57,357 bases of DNA from an uncultured Tenacibaculum sp. (GCA_938041625.1 CALISK010000147.1:1-57357); one strand, 5' to 3'. Positions 1 through 10,870 are shown, numbered from the stretch's first letter. Notes: generated by a model from the sequence alone, not told the origin. Numbers and translations: made by a program.

Positions 1-42
1 TTTTGTAATCCTGACTTACAAAAAAATTAATATTAAATTAAA

Positions 43-903
43 ATGAAATTAGTATTAAAACATCCTGAAGAGATAATTAATAAAAGAGTTACTGTTATAA
101 AGAAGGATACACCTTGTTTGGATTCTTCTTGGCATTATCACGCTCAGTATGAACTTATATACATATCTGTTAGTCATGGTATTCGTTTTGTAGGAGATAG
201 TGTTTCTCAATTTTGTGCAGGAGATTTAGTTTTAGTAGGACCATATTTGCCTCATTTGTGGCTTAATGAACCTTCACACTATGAAGAAAATCTTAATAAT
301 AAGAAAGTAAATACTATTGTTTTAAAATTTACAGAAGATTTTATAGGAGAGGGAACATTCAATAATCCAGAGTTCTCTAAAATTAAAAAAATGTTCGATC
401 AATCTAAGTATGGTATAAGTTTTGGTCGTGAGCTAGGTCAGAAATTTCACAAAGAATTATTAAATATAAATAAACTTTCCATTGCAGAACAATCTATAAA
501 ATTGTTAAGTATACTTAATACATTGTCATTAACTGATGATAAAGAAATACTTTCTTCAACAGACATGCGTCAATATACTTCAGAAAATTCAGATAGAATT
601 GATACAGTACTAAAATACATATCTGATAATTATGCTAGTAATATTAGTTTAGATGATATTTCAGAAGTTGCTTGTATGACGACAAATTCTTTCTGTCGTT
701 TTTTTAAAAAAATAACCAATAAATCATTTACACAATTTTTAAATGAAGTGCGTATTCGTAATGCTTCTCGTTACCTCATTCAAAATAACTTATCAGTATC
801 TGAAGTTTCTTATTTAGTTGGTTATAATTCTATTACAAATTTCAATAAACAATTTAAACAAATAATGGGTAGTACGCCAAAAAGTTATAGAAAAGCTATT
901 TAA
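43..903 (+). CDS. AraC-family transcriptional regulator (cupin + HTH); candidate carrageenan-PUL activator
   Basis: N-terminal cupin WHYHAQYEL; C-terminal AraC HTH (FCRFFKK...VGYNSITNFNKQFKQIMGSTP); adjacent to susC. Confidence 0.92.
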   Translation: MKLVLKHPEEIINKRVTVIKKDTPCLDSSWHYHAQYELIYISVSHGIRFVGDSVSQFCAGDLVLVGPYLPHLWLNEPSHYEENLNNKKVNTIVLKFTEDFIGEGTFNNPEFSKIKKMFDQSKYGISFGRELGQKFHKELLNINKLSIAEQSIKLLSILNTLSLTDDKEILSSTDMRQYTSENSDRIDTVLKYISDNYASNISLDDISEVACMTTNSFCRFFKKITNKSFTQFLNEVRIRNASRYLIQNNLSVSEVSYLVGYNSITNFNKQFKQIMGSTPKSYRKAI

Positions 904-993
904 GTTTTCATAATTGTTTTATTCTTTGTTTTTTTTATTCAAGATTATAAAATACGTAAATTATACAGTTATTTTTTGTGTTTTCTTTATTAC

Positions 994-1060
994 AGGGTAA
1001 AAATGAAGTAATAAAGGGTAAAATTGAATATTTCTCATATCCTCTTTTTTTCTAATTTTC
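994..1060 (+). promoter_or_regulatory. Tandem direct-repeat operator (motif A) plus -7-like element upstream of susC1
   Basis: AGGGTAAAAATGAA (994-1007) and AGGGTAAAATTGAA (1015-1028), 21 bp apart; TAATTTTC at 1053-1060 after a 24-nt gap. Confidence 0.7.
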
Positions 1061-1222
1061 CAATCGCAAAACCAACTTAACATTGTTTTAACTTTTACAT
1101 AAGTTTTTTTAAGAATCTATTTTCTTTAGGTTAAATATTAATACGAAAACTCTATGTAAATAAACAAAATGTCAAAATAAATTGGTGTAACCGAATTAAC
1201 TCATTATTAAACTTTCACGCAT

Positions 1223-4200
1223 ATGAAAAAAACAGGAACATTAAAAGTTCACAAAAACTTTTTTAAGTTGAATAGTTTTATTTTAAATAAAGCACTTAAA
1301 AGATTATCACTCATGCTTATTGTTTTTTCACTAGGTATAAATGAAATTTTAGCAGCGAATGTTGTTAAAGCGGAACTCAATACTGTTTTAGAACAAAAAA
1401 TTTCTGGAAATGTTTCTGATGTTGATGGTCCTTTACCAGGGGTAAATGTATTTGTAAAAGGAACAACTACAGGAATTGAAACAGATTTTGATGGTAACTA
1501 TTCCATTTCAGTAAAAGATTCTAAAGCTATTTTAGTATTTTCTTTTGTTGGATATAAATCTCAAGAAGTTCAAGTAAATAATAAAACAGTAATAAATATA
1601 ACTTTAGTAGCAGACGATAATAAGTTAGAGGAAGTTATTGTTTTAGGATATTCATCAAGAAAAAAGGGAGATTTAACAGGAGCTGTAGGTAATATAGGAA
1701 ATGAAACAATTCAAAGATCCTCTAGTAAAGATATTGCGAAATCGTTAGCGGGTCGTGTTACGGGTCTTAATATAATTGATAGAGGTGGTACGCCAGGAGC
1801 ATCAGGAGATAATGCTACTAGAATACTAGTTAGAGGTACTGGAACTTTAAACGATAATTCTGCTCTTATTCTTATAGATGGAGTACAAGCAACGACTTTT
1901 TCTAATTTATCACCAGAAGATATAGAATCTTTAACAGTTTTAAAAGATGGGGCAGCTGCAATTTACGGATCTAGAGCTGCAAATGGAGTAATATTAATTA
2001 CTACCAAAAGAGGAAAGTCAGGAAAAGTAAAAATAAACGCTACCAGTACTTATACTATTTCAACGTTTACAAAAAAGCCGAATTTGATGAATGCACGGCA
2101 GTATGCTATTTATGAAAATGAGATAGCAGATAGAGGTCGTATAATAGATCCAAGTACGCCTATTCCATTTAGTCAAGAACAAATTCAGAGATTTGGTACC
2201 AATCCTTTATTGTTTCCTGATACAAATTGGGCTGATATTACTTTTGCCGATTTTTCACCAGAATCTAGAAATACAGTATCTATATCAGGAGGAAGTGAAA
2301 CAGTTAAATATTTTGTAAGTGCAGATGCTATAAATCAAGGTGGTTTATTTAAATCAAGGTCTTTAAAATTTGATCAGAATCAAATTAGATCAAATCTTGA
2401 TATAAAAATATCAAATGACATTAAAATAGGAGTAGACATAGCTGGTATTTTTGGTGACAGAAATCAACCAGGTGTAGATTTACCGAATATTTATAAACAT
2501 ATATTTACAAACCTACCTACCGAAGTAGCTGTTTACCCAAATGGTTTGCTAGCTAGGGGTGGAGAGAATGGGCAAAACCCTCTTTTAATGTCAAGTAGTG
2601 AGTCTGGATTCATTAACACAAAAAACACAAATTTACGTGGTAGATTTTCTTTTGAATATTCTTTAGATAAACTTGTTAGTGGTCTTAAATTTAAAAGTTT
2701 TGTAGGATTAAGAAAAACAACCAACCAAGTAAAATCTTGGTATACTCCTTGGGTCTATTATAATTTTCAGCAAGGAACAAATGAATATATCCCTGCAACA
2801 GGTTTTTCACAAAGAGGAGAAGAAAGAATTTTACGTCAAACAGTTAATAATTTTGATCAAACGTTGTTAAATGCTACTTTACATTACTCAAATTTATTTG
2901 GAGATAATCATTCAATTAGCGCTTTTGCCGGTGTAGAAAGATTAGATTCAGAAGTAAGTAATTTTTTTGCAGAAAGAGTTGGAGGATTTCCTTCATCTGA
3001 TGTTCCTGAATTATTTGCAGGTAGTGAAGAAAACCAAAGAACTAATGGTTCTTCTGGTGAAGGGGCAAGATTTGATGTTTTTGGATCTTTTTCATATGAT
3101 TTTGGTAAAAAATATTTTATCGATTTCACAATACGTCGTGATGGTTCTAGTAATTTTGGGCCAGGAAAAAGATTTGGAATTTTCCCTAGTGTTGCAGTAG
3201 CATGGGCTTTAGATAAAGAGAGTTTTATGGAAAATGTTGAATGGATTAATTCTTTAAAAGTTAGAGCTTCATGGGCACAATTAGGAAACGATCGTGTAGG
3301 CCCTTTTCAATTTTTATCTCGTTTTAATTTTGGAAGTCAAAATCCAAACACTCCACAGCCTAATTTCGCTACATTCGGATTGGATGGTAGAATTGTTAAT
3401 GGTTTTTCATCCGTGGTGGAACCAAATCCTAATGTAACTTGGGAAAATTCTACACAACAGAATATAGGGTTAACCTTTTCTTTATTAGATAATAGATTAT
3501 CTGGTGATGTAAATTATTATTTTGAAAACAGAACAGATATTTTAAGGCCACAAGTATCTAGTACTCCAGATTTTGTAGGTATTTTACCTAGTGAATTTCC
3601 TAGCAAAAATTTTGGAGAGGTTGAAAATTCTGGTTGGGAATTTGAGTTAAGTTGGTCAGACAAAATAGGAAATGTAAGCTATAATTTTGGAGGGAATTTA
3701 TCAACTAATAGAAATAAAGTAGTTTTTATAGATGAACCAGAAAATATTTCAGAAGCACTAAGACAAGAAGATAAAACTTTCAATTCTTTTATTGTTCAGC
3801 CTACTTCAGGTATTTTTCAAAATCAAGAACAAGTAGATAATACCCCAGTAAAATTAGCAGATACAGTTGAAGGAGAACCTATTTATTTAGATACTAATGA
3901 AGATGGTATTATAGATGATGGAGACAGAATTAGAATAGATGCTTCAAATTTACCTCGAATTCAATTTGGTTTTTATGGTGGATTTAAATACAATAATTTT
4001 GATTTTAATTTCTTATTTCAAGGACAAGCAGATGCAAAAGCAGTAGTGTTTTTTGACCAGTCTGGATCAAAACCAATACATGTTTTTGAGAATAGATGGA
4101 CACCAGACAATAGAAATTCTAGATACCCTAGAGCATTTCAACAAGGGGATAGATTTAGTGGTAATCAAACAGGAGATCCTGAAAATTTTATAGGAGCAGA

Positions 4201-4444
4201 TTTATGGTTGCATGATGCTTCTTTCTTGAGACTAAAAGAAGTGGAATTAGCCTATACAATTGATGAAAAAATAACAAAATTTGGAGATATAAAATTATTC
4301 CTTAGAGGATTTAACTTATTCACTATGTTTTCAGAAATAAATGATCTAGGCCTAGATCCAGAATCAACTGGATATAATAATTTTAGAGGATCAACATATA
4401 CTCAATTAAGAAGTTATACTCTTGGTGTTAATTTTAATTTTTAA
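1223..4444 (+). CDS. susC: SusC/RagA TonB-dependent transporter
   Basis: N-terminal carboxypeptidase-regulatory-like domain, plug motif LKDGAAAIYGSRAANGVILITTKRG, C-terminal Phe (GVNFNF). Confidence 0.96.
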   Translation: MKKTGTLKVHKNFFKLNSFILNKALKRLSLMLIVFSLGINEILAANVVKAELNTVLEQKISGNVSDVDGPLPGVNVFVKGTTTGIETDFDGNYSISVKDSKAILVFSFVGYKSQEVQVNNKTVINITLVADDNKLEEVIVLGYSSRKKGDLTGAVGNIGNETIQRSSSKDIAKSLAGRVTGLNIIDRGGTPGASGDNATRILVRGTGTLNDNSALILIDGVQATTFSNLSPEDIESLTVLKDGAAAIYGSRAANGVILITTKRGKSGKVKINATSTYTISTFTKKPNLMNARQYAIYENEIADRGRIIDPSTPIPFSQEQIQRFGTNPLLFPDTNWADITFADFSPESRNTVSISGGSETVKYFVSADAINQGGLFKSRSLKFDQNQIRSNLDIKISNDIKIGVDIAGIFGDRNQPGVDLPNIYKHIFTNLPTEVAVYPNGLLARGGENGQNPLLMSSSESGFINTKNTNLRGRFSFEYSLDKLVSGLKFKSFVGLRKTTNQVKSWYTPWVYYNFQQGTNEYIPATGFSQRGEERILRQTVNNFDQTLLNATLHYSNLFGDNHSISAFAGVERLDSEVSNFFAERVGGFPSSDVPELFAGSEENQRTNGSSGEGARFDVFGSFSYDFGKKYFIDFTIRRDGSSNFGPGKRFGIFPSVAVAWALDKESFMENVEWINSLKVRASWAQLGNDRVGPFQFLSRFNFGSQNPNTPQPNFATFGLDGRIVNGFSSVVEPNPNVTWENSTQQNIGLTFSLLDNRLSGDVNYYFENRTDILRPQVSSTPDFVGILPSEFPSKNFGEVENSGWEFELSWSDKIGNVSYNFGGNLSTNRNKVVFIDEPENISEALRQEDKTFNSFIVQPTSGIFQNQEQVDNTPVKLADTVEGEPIYLDTNEDGIIDDGDRIRIDASNLPRIQFGFYGGFKYNNFDFNFLFQGQADAKAVVFFDQSGSKPIHVFENRWTPDNRNSRYPRAFQQGDRFSGNQTGDPENFIGADLWLHDASFLRLKEVELAYTIDEKITKFGDIKLFLRGFNLFTMFSEINDLGLDPESTGYNNFRGSTYTQLRSYTLGVNFNF

Positions 4445-4464
4445 TACAATAAAATTAAGAAAAA

Positions 4465-6162
4465 ATGAAAAAAATAAAAATTATTTTCGCATTCATAATC
4501 TTCTTAACTATAAGTTGTGAAGAAGTTTTAGAAATAGAGTCTAGAAATACTTTCACAGAAGACTTTATATATGACGATCCAGATCAATTAGAACGTTTAG
4601 TTTTTACCTCTTACAACAGTACAGAGAGTTGGGGTTTAAATAAATTTATATGGTGGGCTAGACGATTTAATATTGAAGGAGCCTCTTTTGAAGCTAAGTT
4701 CAATTTTAGAGATTTAGATCAATATAGACTAAGAGCTGGGTGGAACCCAAATAATGTGGGTGTTTTTAGAGATACATGGAGAAGTTATTTCAGCTTTGTT
4801 AGAGATATTCTTGTGTTTTTAGATAAAGTTGATGAAAGTAATGCAATGAAAAAAAATCCTCAAAAAGTAAGGGTTTTAAAAGCTGAAATGCAATTTTTAT
4901 TAGCGAATACTTATAGTAAATTAATTAAGTATTATGGGGGGGTACCTATTTTAAATAGAGCTTTGTCTTTAGATGAAGACTTTAATATCCCTAGAGATAG
5001 TTATGAAGATTGTGTTAATTTTATAATTAAGAATTTAGATGAAGCTATAAATGTATTACCATTAACAAGACCAGACAATGAATTTGGTAGGGCCACAAGG
5101 TTAGCAGCTTTAGCAGTTAAATCACGAACTCTTTTATATGCTGCAAGTAAATTACATAATCCTTCTACTACACCAAATGGACCTTTATACGATTATACAA
5201 AATCGACAAAATGGCAAGATGCAGCTAATGCAGCTAAAGCAGTTATAGATGAAGTAGGGAATAGAGATTTATTACCCATTACCAATGCTAAAGAGTATAG
5301 AGATTTATTTTTATCACCAAACGCTGATATTATATTTGCTAGACCTTTTGGAGAATTACTTTTTGACTTTGGAACGGATGTGAATTCTTTATGGCAGCTA
5401 ACACAAGCACCAAGTGGTTATGGTGGTTGGGCATTAAGTTCACCAACACATAACTTTACTTTGTTGTACAATATGGATGATGGTACTACAACAAATGGAA
5501 CATTATATGATGTGTCTAAACCTAATGATAATAGAGAAATGAGGTTTTACGCAAATCTTAATTTTAATGGAGCTCAATTTAGAGGTAGAGATGTTCAATA
5601 TTATTTATCGGAAGATGTTGGTATAAATCCTCACGGTTTAGATTCTCCTAACGGATTAGGAAATGTATTGCACTCATCTAAGACAGGTTATAATATTAGG
5701 AAATTTCATGATGAAAGTACAGGTTTAACAGAAACTACAGCTGGTCGTCCTTACATATTATATCGTTTAGCAGAAGTTTATTTAAACTATGCAGAAGCTA
5801 ATTATCAATTAGGAGATGAAGCTACAGCTAGAGAGTATCTTAATAAGGTGTCTTCAAGAGCTTTACAACCAGTAATAACTTCTACAGGAGTAGATCTTTT
5901 AGAGGCTATTAAAAGAGAAAGACGTGTTGAATTATCTTTTGAAGGGCATAATTTCTTTGATGAAAGAAGGTGGATGAATACAGCACATTTAGGAGACTAT
6001 GATATTAAAGGTTTACGTTGGACTAAAAAAGTAGACGGAACTATAGAGAATGAAGAATATACAGTAATTAGAAGACCTTGGTTTGAAAGACAATATTACT
6101 TGCCTATTCCTCAATCAGAAATAAATAAAGTGTCTACTTTAGAACAAAATTCAGGTTATTAA
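4465..6162 (+). CDS. susD: SusD/RagB glycan-binding lipoprotein
   Basis: Lipobox LTISC; RLAEVYLNYAEA, ERRVELSFEGH and YLPIPQSE motifs; directly follows susC. Confidence 0.95.
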   Translation: MKKIKIIFAFIIFLTISCEEVLEIESRNTFTEDFIYDDPDQLERLVFTSYNSTESWGLNKFIWWARRFNIEGASFEAKFNFRDLDQYRLRAGWNPNNVGVFRDTWRSYFSFVRDILVFLDKVDESNAMKKNPQKVRVLKAEMQFLLANTYSKLIKYYGGVPILNRALSLDEDFNIPRDSYEDCVNFIIKNLDEAINVLPLTRPDNEFGRATRLAALAVKSRTLLYAASKLHNPSTTPNGPLYDYTKSTKWQDAANAAKAVIDEVGNRDLLPITNAKEYRDLFLSPNADIIFARPFGELLFDFGTDVNSLWQLTQAPSGYGGWALSSPTHNFTLLYNMDDGTTTNGTLYDVSKPNDNREMRFYANLNFNGAQFRGRDVQYYLSEDVGINPHGLDSPNGLGNVLHSSKTGYNIRKFHDESTGLTETTAGRPYILYRLAEVYLNYAEANYQLGDEATAREYLNKVSSRALQPVITSTGVDLLEAIKRERRVELSFEGHNFFDERRWMNTAHLGDYDIKGLRWTKKVDGTIENEEYTVIRRPWFERQYYLPIPQSEINKVSTLEQNSGY

Positions 6163-6206
6163 TACATTGTAAATTGGTTTGAATTATATTACTTTGATTT
6201 TAAAGT

Positions 6207-6238
6207 AAAAAATACCGAGAGTTTTCTCGGTGTTTTTT
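6207..6238 (+). terminator. Intrinsic terminator after susCD1
   Basis: ACCGAGA-gttt-TCTCGGT stem flanked by A-tract and T-tract. Confidence 0.75.
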
Positions 6239-6308
6239 GTTAAAATTAATATTAAATAAAGTAACGATTTTTAAAAAATTATTAAAAACATATATAAAAT
6301 TTTTATTA

Positions 6309-7979
6309 ATGAAAGAAAGTATAAGGGTATACATGTTTAGTTTTTCTTTATTGTTTTTATTATTTAATTGTAAAACAAAAAAAGAACCTATACTAAATAA
6401 AATAAAAGTTAAACAACCGAACATATTATTTTTAGCAGTTGATGATTTACGTCCAGAACTAGGATGTTATGGTTCTGAAATAGCAATTACTCCTAACTTA
6501 GATAAATTAGCAAGTAACGGAATACTCTTTAATAAAGCGTATTGCCAAGAGGCAATATGTAGTCCTTCTAGAGCAAGTTTAATGACAGGAGCTCGTCCAG
6601 AAACCATTAATGTTATAGAAAACTTCACTTATTTTAGAGAAGCTAATCCTGATATAATCACATTGCCTCAGCATTTTAAAAATAATGGTTATGAAACGGT
6701 TCATACAGGGAAAATATTTCATAAACCTTCTTTTGCAGATTTAAATATTTCTTGGAGTAGAGAGCCTGCGTATGATAAAATGAAGATTAAAAAAAGCAGT
6801 ACTCCAGGAGGTTTTGCACTGGTAGAAAATCAAGAGTTGTTTAAAAAAAACAGGGAAGATGTAATTGCTAAATACGGTAAAAATGCACCCAGAAATGGTT
6901 TAGGAAAAGGGCCTGCTTATGAAAAAGCAAACGTTCCCGATTATTTTTATGATGATGGTTATAATGCTGAGTTGGCCATTGCTACTTTAAAAGAGATGCA
7001 AGAGAAAAACCCAGAGAAACCTTTCTTTTTAGGTGTAGGAATGAAAAAACCTCATTTAGATTGGTTAGCTCCTAAAAAATATTGGGATTTGTATGATACG
7101 ACTAAAATAAAATTAACCCAACAAAAGAAAGGACCAATAAAAGGTGCAGCTATGGGGTTACATCCTTCTTTTGAGTTAAGGGCTAGATATGGAATTCCTA
7201 AGAAAGGGCCTATTAATGATCAATTAGCTATTACTTTAAAACATGCTTATTTAGCATCTGTAAGTTATGTAGATGCTCAAATAGGAAAAGTACTAAAAGC
7301 ATTAGATGATACAGGTTTAAGGGAGAATACTATTGTGATTTTATGGGGAGATCATGGATGGCATTTAGGAGAAATGGGAATTTGGGGTAAAGCTACAAAT
7401 TATGAAATTTCAGCAAGAGTTCCTCTAATCATATCAACTCCTAATATGCCCCAAAGTAGTAAAGGGCAAAAATCGGAGGCTTTGGTAGAATTGGTAGATA
7501 TGTACCCAACATTAACAGATTTAGCTGGTTTAAAGCTTCCTGAACACTTAGAAGGACAGAGTTTTAAATCGTTATTAGAAGCTCCAAATAAAAAATGGAA
7601 AAAAGCAGCTTTTACACAGTTTCCTTCTCCTGCACTTAGAGAGTGGGCAGCCAATCCTTTATCTAAAGGAATGCGTGAAACTTATTTTGGACCATTAATA
7701 GAGGAGGTAGAAGGGCGTATTAAAGATCAACAAAAAGAAAAATGGAATAGAAATCTTTTTGAAAACTATTTAATGGGTTATACAATGAGAACACAGCAAT
7801 ATAGATTTATGTTATGGAGAGATTATAGAAAACCAAAATCTGAACCTTTATTTTACGAGTTATATGATCATAAAAAGGATCCTAATGAAACGGTAAATAT
7901 AGCTGAAGAACATCCAGTGTTAGTAAAACAACTTTTAGAACAATTTGATAAAGGGTGGAAAGGAAATAAAGCATTGTAA
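6309..7979 (+). CDS. S1 formylglycine-dependent sulfatase (iduronate-2-sulfatase-like), probable carrageenan sulfatase, lipoprotein
   Basis: PNILFLAVDDLRP, CSPSRASLMTG (CxPxR), GKIFH, DHGWHLGE; lipobox-like LFNC. Start moved from the TTG at 6237, which overlaps the terminator, to ATG 6309. Confidence 0.9.
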   Translation: MKESIRVYMFSFSLLFLLFNCKTKKEPILNKIKVKQPNILFLAVDDLRPELGCYGSEIAITPNLDKLASNGILFNKAYCQEAICSPSRASLMTGARPETINVIENFTYFREANPDIITLPQHFKNNGYETVHTGKIFHKPSFADLNISWSREPAYDKMKIKKSSTPGGFALVENQELFKKNREDVIAKYGKNAPRNGLGKGPAYEKANVPDYFYDDGYNAELAIATLKEMQEKNPEKPFFLGVGMKKPHLDWLAPKKYWDLYDTTKIKLTQQKKGPIKGAAMGLHPSFELRARYGIPKKGPINDQLAITLKHAYLASVSYVDAQIGKVLKALDDTGLRENTIVILWGDHGWHLGEMGIWGKATNYEISARVPLIISTPNMPQSSKGQKSEALVELVDMYPTLTDLAGLKLPEHLEGQSFKSLLEAPNKKWKKAAFTQFPSPALREWAANPLSKGMRETYFGPLIEEVEGRIKDQQKEKWNRNLFENYLMGYTMRTQQYRFMLWRDYRKPKSEPLFYELYDHKKDPNETVNIAEEHPVLVKQLLEQFDKGWKGNKAL

Positions 7980-8031
7980 TTAAAATTAAAAAACCATTTG
8001 AAAATTACTTCAAATGGTTTTTTAATTTTAA
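7980..8031. terminator. Bidirectional terminator between convergent sulfatase and ALDH genes
   Basis: 23-bp perfect inverted repeat with 6-nt loop. Confidence 0.85.
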
Positions 8032-8050
8032 AAAGTGTTTACTTCTTGAG

Positions 8051-9508
8051 TTATCTAATTGCTGTAGAAACACGTTTTTTAATTAAGTAGTCATCAAGTG
8101 CTAGGTGAGAACAATCATGACCTATACCACTTTCTTTAATGCCTCCATGAGGTAAATAAATAGCATATTTTACACCATTAATTTGAATTTCACCAAAATC
8201 TAACTCTTCAGTAAATCTCTCTATCCTTTTATGATTATTTGTAAAAATATATGAAGCTAAACCAAATTCAGTATCATTAGCTAATTCTAAAACTTCATCA
8301 TCGGTATCAAAACTCATAATACCTGCTATAGGACCAAATGTTTCTTCTTTAAAAAGTTTCATTTGAGGAGTAATACCAGAAACAACAGTAGGTTGAAACC
8401 AATTGCCCTCTTCAGGAAGATGATTTGGTATTTTCCCACCATATTCTAATGTTGCTCCCTTTTCTATAGCATCTTGGATTAGTGTAAACATTCTGTCTCT
8501 ATTGTTACGATTTGCTAAGGGACCCATAAAAACATCAGGGTTTTCTTTTGTACCTAAACCAATCTTTAATTCTGAAGCTTTTTTTACATAAGCTTTTAAA
8601 AATGTATTATATATGTTTTTATGAACAAAAATTCTATTTGCAGCCACACATACTTGTCCAGCATTACCATATCGTAAAACAATCGCTAAATCTAAAGCCT
8701 TATCAAAATCAGCATCTTCAAAAACAATAAAAGGAGCATTCCCTCCTAGTTCTAAACCAAACTTTTTAATAGAAGTAGTACTTTCTGTTATGATTTTTTT
8801 AGCAGTATTGGTTGACCCTATCATGGTTATTACAGAAGGTATTTTGCTGGAAGTCATTGTTTTGGCTACTGTTTCAGTAGGCCCTTCAATGATTGTTATG
8901 ACACCAGCAGGGAAATTAATTTTGTGTAGAATTTCTCCAATTATATACGCTGAAAGTGGTGAAACTTCTGAAGGTTTTATAATTAAGGAGCATCCAGAAG
9001 CTAAAGCAGGCCCTATTTTATAACCAATATTTAAAACAGGAAAGTTCCAAGCTAAATAAGCTAAGACGACACCAGCAGGTTTAGAGATTAATTTATGAGT
9101 GTGTGTACCTTCATAATCAGGTATTTGTTCTTCTCTTAAATTTTGCATAGCATTAGGGTACCATTCTAAAGCCTCTGTTAGTCTTTGAATGTCTTCTAAT
9201 CCTCCTGCGTAAGTTTTACCCATTTCATAAACCATAGCAGTACGAATTTCTTCCTCATGTTCTAAAACTGCTAAACGTAGTTTATTCATCCATTCAGTCC
9301 TGTCTGCTAAAGATAGGTTAGACCAATATTTAAAACCTTTTTGAGCACTAATTAGGGCTTTTTCAGCATCTTCTTTTCCTGCTTTAGCTATTTGAGCAAT
9401 AACTTCTCCTGTAGCAGGACAAATTACATCTTGTTTTTCACCATTAACGCCATCTACTAATTCTCCATTAATATATAACTTCTTGTATCCGAATTGTTGT
9501 GTTTTCAT
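8051..9508 (-). CDS. dauA: NAD(P)-dependent aldehyde dehydrogenase, probable 3,6-anhydro-D-galactose dehydrogenase
   Basis: AWNFP, LELGGNAP (catalytic Glu), GQVC (catalytic Cys), EETFGP; D-AHG specificity inferred from pairing with a cycloisomerase next to GH82 genes. Confidence 0.8.
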   Translation of the reverse strand: MKTQQFGYKKLYINGELVDGVNGEKQDVICPATGEVIAQIAKAGKEDAEKALISAQKGFKYWSNLSLADRTEWMNKLRLAVLEHEEEIRTAMVYEMGKTYAGGLEDIQRLTEALEWYPNAMQNLREEQIPDYEGTHTHKLISKPAGVVLAYLAWNFPVLNIGYKIGPALASGCSLIIKPSEVSPLSAYIIGEILHKINFPAGVITIIEGPTETVAKTMTSSKIPSVITMIGSTNTAKKIITESTTSIKKFGLELGGNAPFIVFEDADFDKALDLAIVLRYGNAGQVCVAANRIFVHKNIYNTFLKAYVKKASELKIGLGTKENPDVFMGPLANRNNRDRMFTLIQDAIEKGATLEYGGKIPNHLPEEGNWFQPTVVSGITPQMKLFKEETFGPIAGIMSFDTDDEVLELANDTEFGLASYIFTNNHKRIERFTEELDFGEIQINGVKYAIYLPHGGIKESGIGHDCSHLALDDYLIKKRVSTAIR

Positions 9509-9527
9509 TGTTTGTTAAAATAGTAAA

Positions 9528-10679
9528 TTAAAGAATATTTATTTGCTTATCAGATAAAGCATATTCCATTAAAACATTTTCATCAATATCTATTCCCAGG
9601 CCAGGTGTTTTCGGAACCTCAATCATACCGTCAATAATTTCAATTTTAGGATAGGTTAAACGTTCTCTTAATCCATTTTCTGTTTGATCGTATTCAATAA
9701 AAAAATCAGGAGATTTCATTCTTCCTGGTATGGGTTCTAAATTAGCAATAAAGTGTAAAGCTACATGTATGCCAATTGCTGTACCCCAAGTATGAGGTAC
9801 TAGTTCTACACCATAAGTACTTGATAGGGCAGAAATTCGCTTTGCTTCAGTTAAACCACCTGTAGCACAAATATCTGGTTGAATAATGTCTACAGAGTTG
9901 TTTCTAAGTAATTGGTGAAAACCATAACGTAAATATTCACATTCACCACCAGCTATAGGTATAGATGTTTTACTCCTTAATTCATTATATTGTTTGTAAA
10001 ATTCAGGAGAAATAGGCTCTTCAAACCAACTAATATTTAAATGTTCTATTTTTTGTGCTAATATTGTAGCTTCTTTTAAACTATATGCATGATTAGAATC
10101 GATCATTAATTGAATAGAGTCTCCAATTATATTACGTACTTTTTTTATGTTTTCATAATCTTCATTAATTCCTAAACCAACTTTCATTTTTATGGCTTTA
10201 AAACCTCTATTTACATATTCTAAGACTTCTTCTTCAAAGTGTTTAGATGGGTTTTCAGGATCTATAAAATATAATCCTGTAGCATAGGGTTTAATTTTGT
10301 TTCTAAAAGTACCTCCTAATAAAGTAGATACTGGTAAATTTAAAATTTTACCTTTTAAATCCCATAAAGCAATATCTATGGCGCTAATTGAGGCTACAAG
10401 TACACCTCGTCTTGCGTAATCTAATGTTTTACGATATAAGTGATTCCATATAACTTCATTTTCTAAAGCGCTTTTACCTATAACATGTGGTTTTAAAAAA
10501 TCGATGCCCGCTTTTAAAATACTAGCAGGTCCATATCCTTCTCCCCATCCATGTTGCCCATTAGAAGCTGTTATTTTAACAACGCAAATACACCTTTCAG
10601 AGTATTCCCATTGGGAAAAGAAAAAGCTTTTTGACAATTTATCTTTAAGTATAAATGTTTCAATTTTTTCAATTGTCAT
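9528..10679 (-). CDS. dauB: Mandelate racemase/enolase-superfamily enzyme, probable 3,6-anhydro-D-galactonate cycloisomerase
   Basis: AIDIALWD, KMK, MIDSN, WFEEP, GGECE, QPD and PH motifs; co-transcribed with the ALDH in carrageenan context. Confidence 0.8.
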   Translation of the reverse strand: MTIEKIETFILKDKLSKSFFFSQWEYSERCICVVKITASNGQHGWGEGYGPASILKAGIDFLKPHVIGKSALENEVIWNHLYRKTLDYARRGVLVASISAIDIALWDLKGKILNLPVSTLLGGTFRNKIKPYATGLYFIDPENPSKHFEEEVLEYVNRGFKAIKMKVGLGINEDYENIKKVRNIIGDSIQLMIDSNHAYSLKEATILAQKIEHLNISWFEEPISPEFYKQYNELRSKTSIPIAGGECEYLRYGFHQLLRNNSVDIIQPDICATGGLTEAKRISALSSTYGVELVPHTWGTAIGIHVALHFIANLEPIPGRMKSPDFFIEYDQTENGLRERLTYPKIEIIDGMIEVPKTPGLGIDIDENVLMEYALSDKQINIL

Positions 10680-10715
10680 ATCTTAATTTTTAATAAAGAA
10701 CTAGTTGATAACGAA

Positions 10716-10782
10716 CAAAACTAGTGATTCAACTATGTTTTTTAGAGCTCATGTTTACCCTAAACATATTCAATATTACCCT
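10716..10782 (-). promoter_or_regulatory. Motif A tandem repeat plus consensus -7 promoter upstream of dauB-dauA
   Basis: Minus strand AGGGTAATATTGAA (10782-10769) and AGGGTAAACATGAG (10761-10748), 21 bp apart; TAGTTTTG at 10723-10716 after a 24-nt gap. Confidence 0.75.
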
Positions 10783-10811
10783 TTGATAATTTAAATTTAA
10801 TGTAACTAAAT

Positions 10812-10838
10812 AAGGCAGCAATTCTATATTGCTGCCTT
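10812..10838 (-). terminator. Hairpin terminator after GH82 gene 1
   Basis: AAGGCAGCAAT-tctat-ATTGCTGCCTT 11-bp stem. Confidence 0.7.
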
Positions 10839-10870
10839 TGGAAATACCAATACCTTATTTTAAAATTATA

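Noticed and set aside
6237-6271. Possible motif A pair upstream of the sulfatase (TTGTTAAAATTAAT / AAAGTAACGATTTT, 21 bp apart)
   Set aside because: Too degenerate for AT-rich DNA, with no convincing -7 box at the expected distance
6237-6308. Longer N-termini given in the ORF track for the sulfatase, and likewise at 27043, 27822 and 56176
   Set aside because: They overlap a terminator, the upstream gene or the divergent promoter; downstream ATGs give family-typical N-termini
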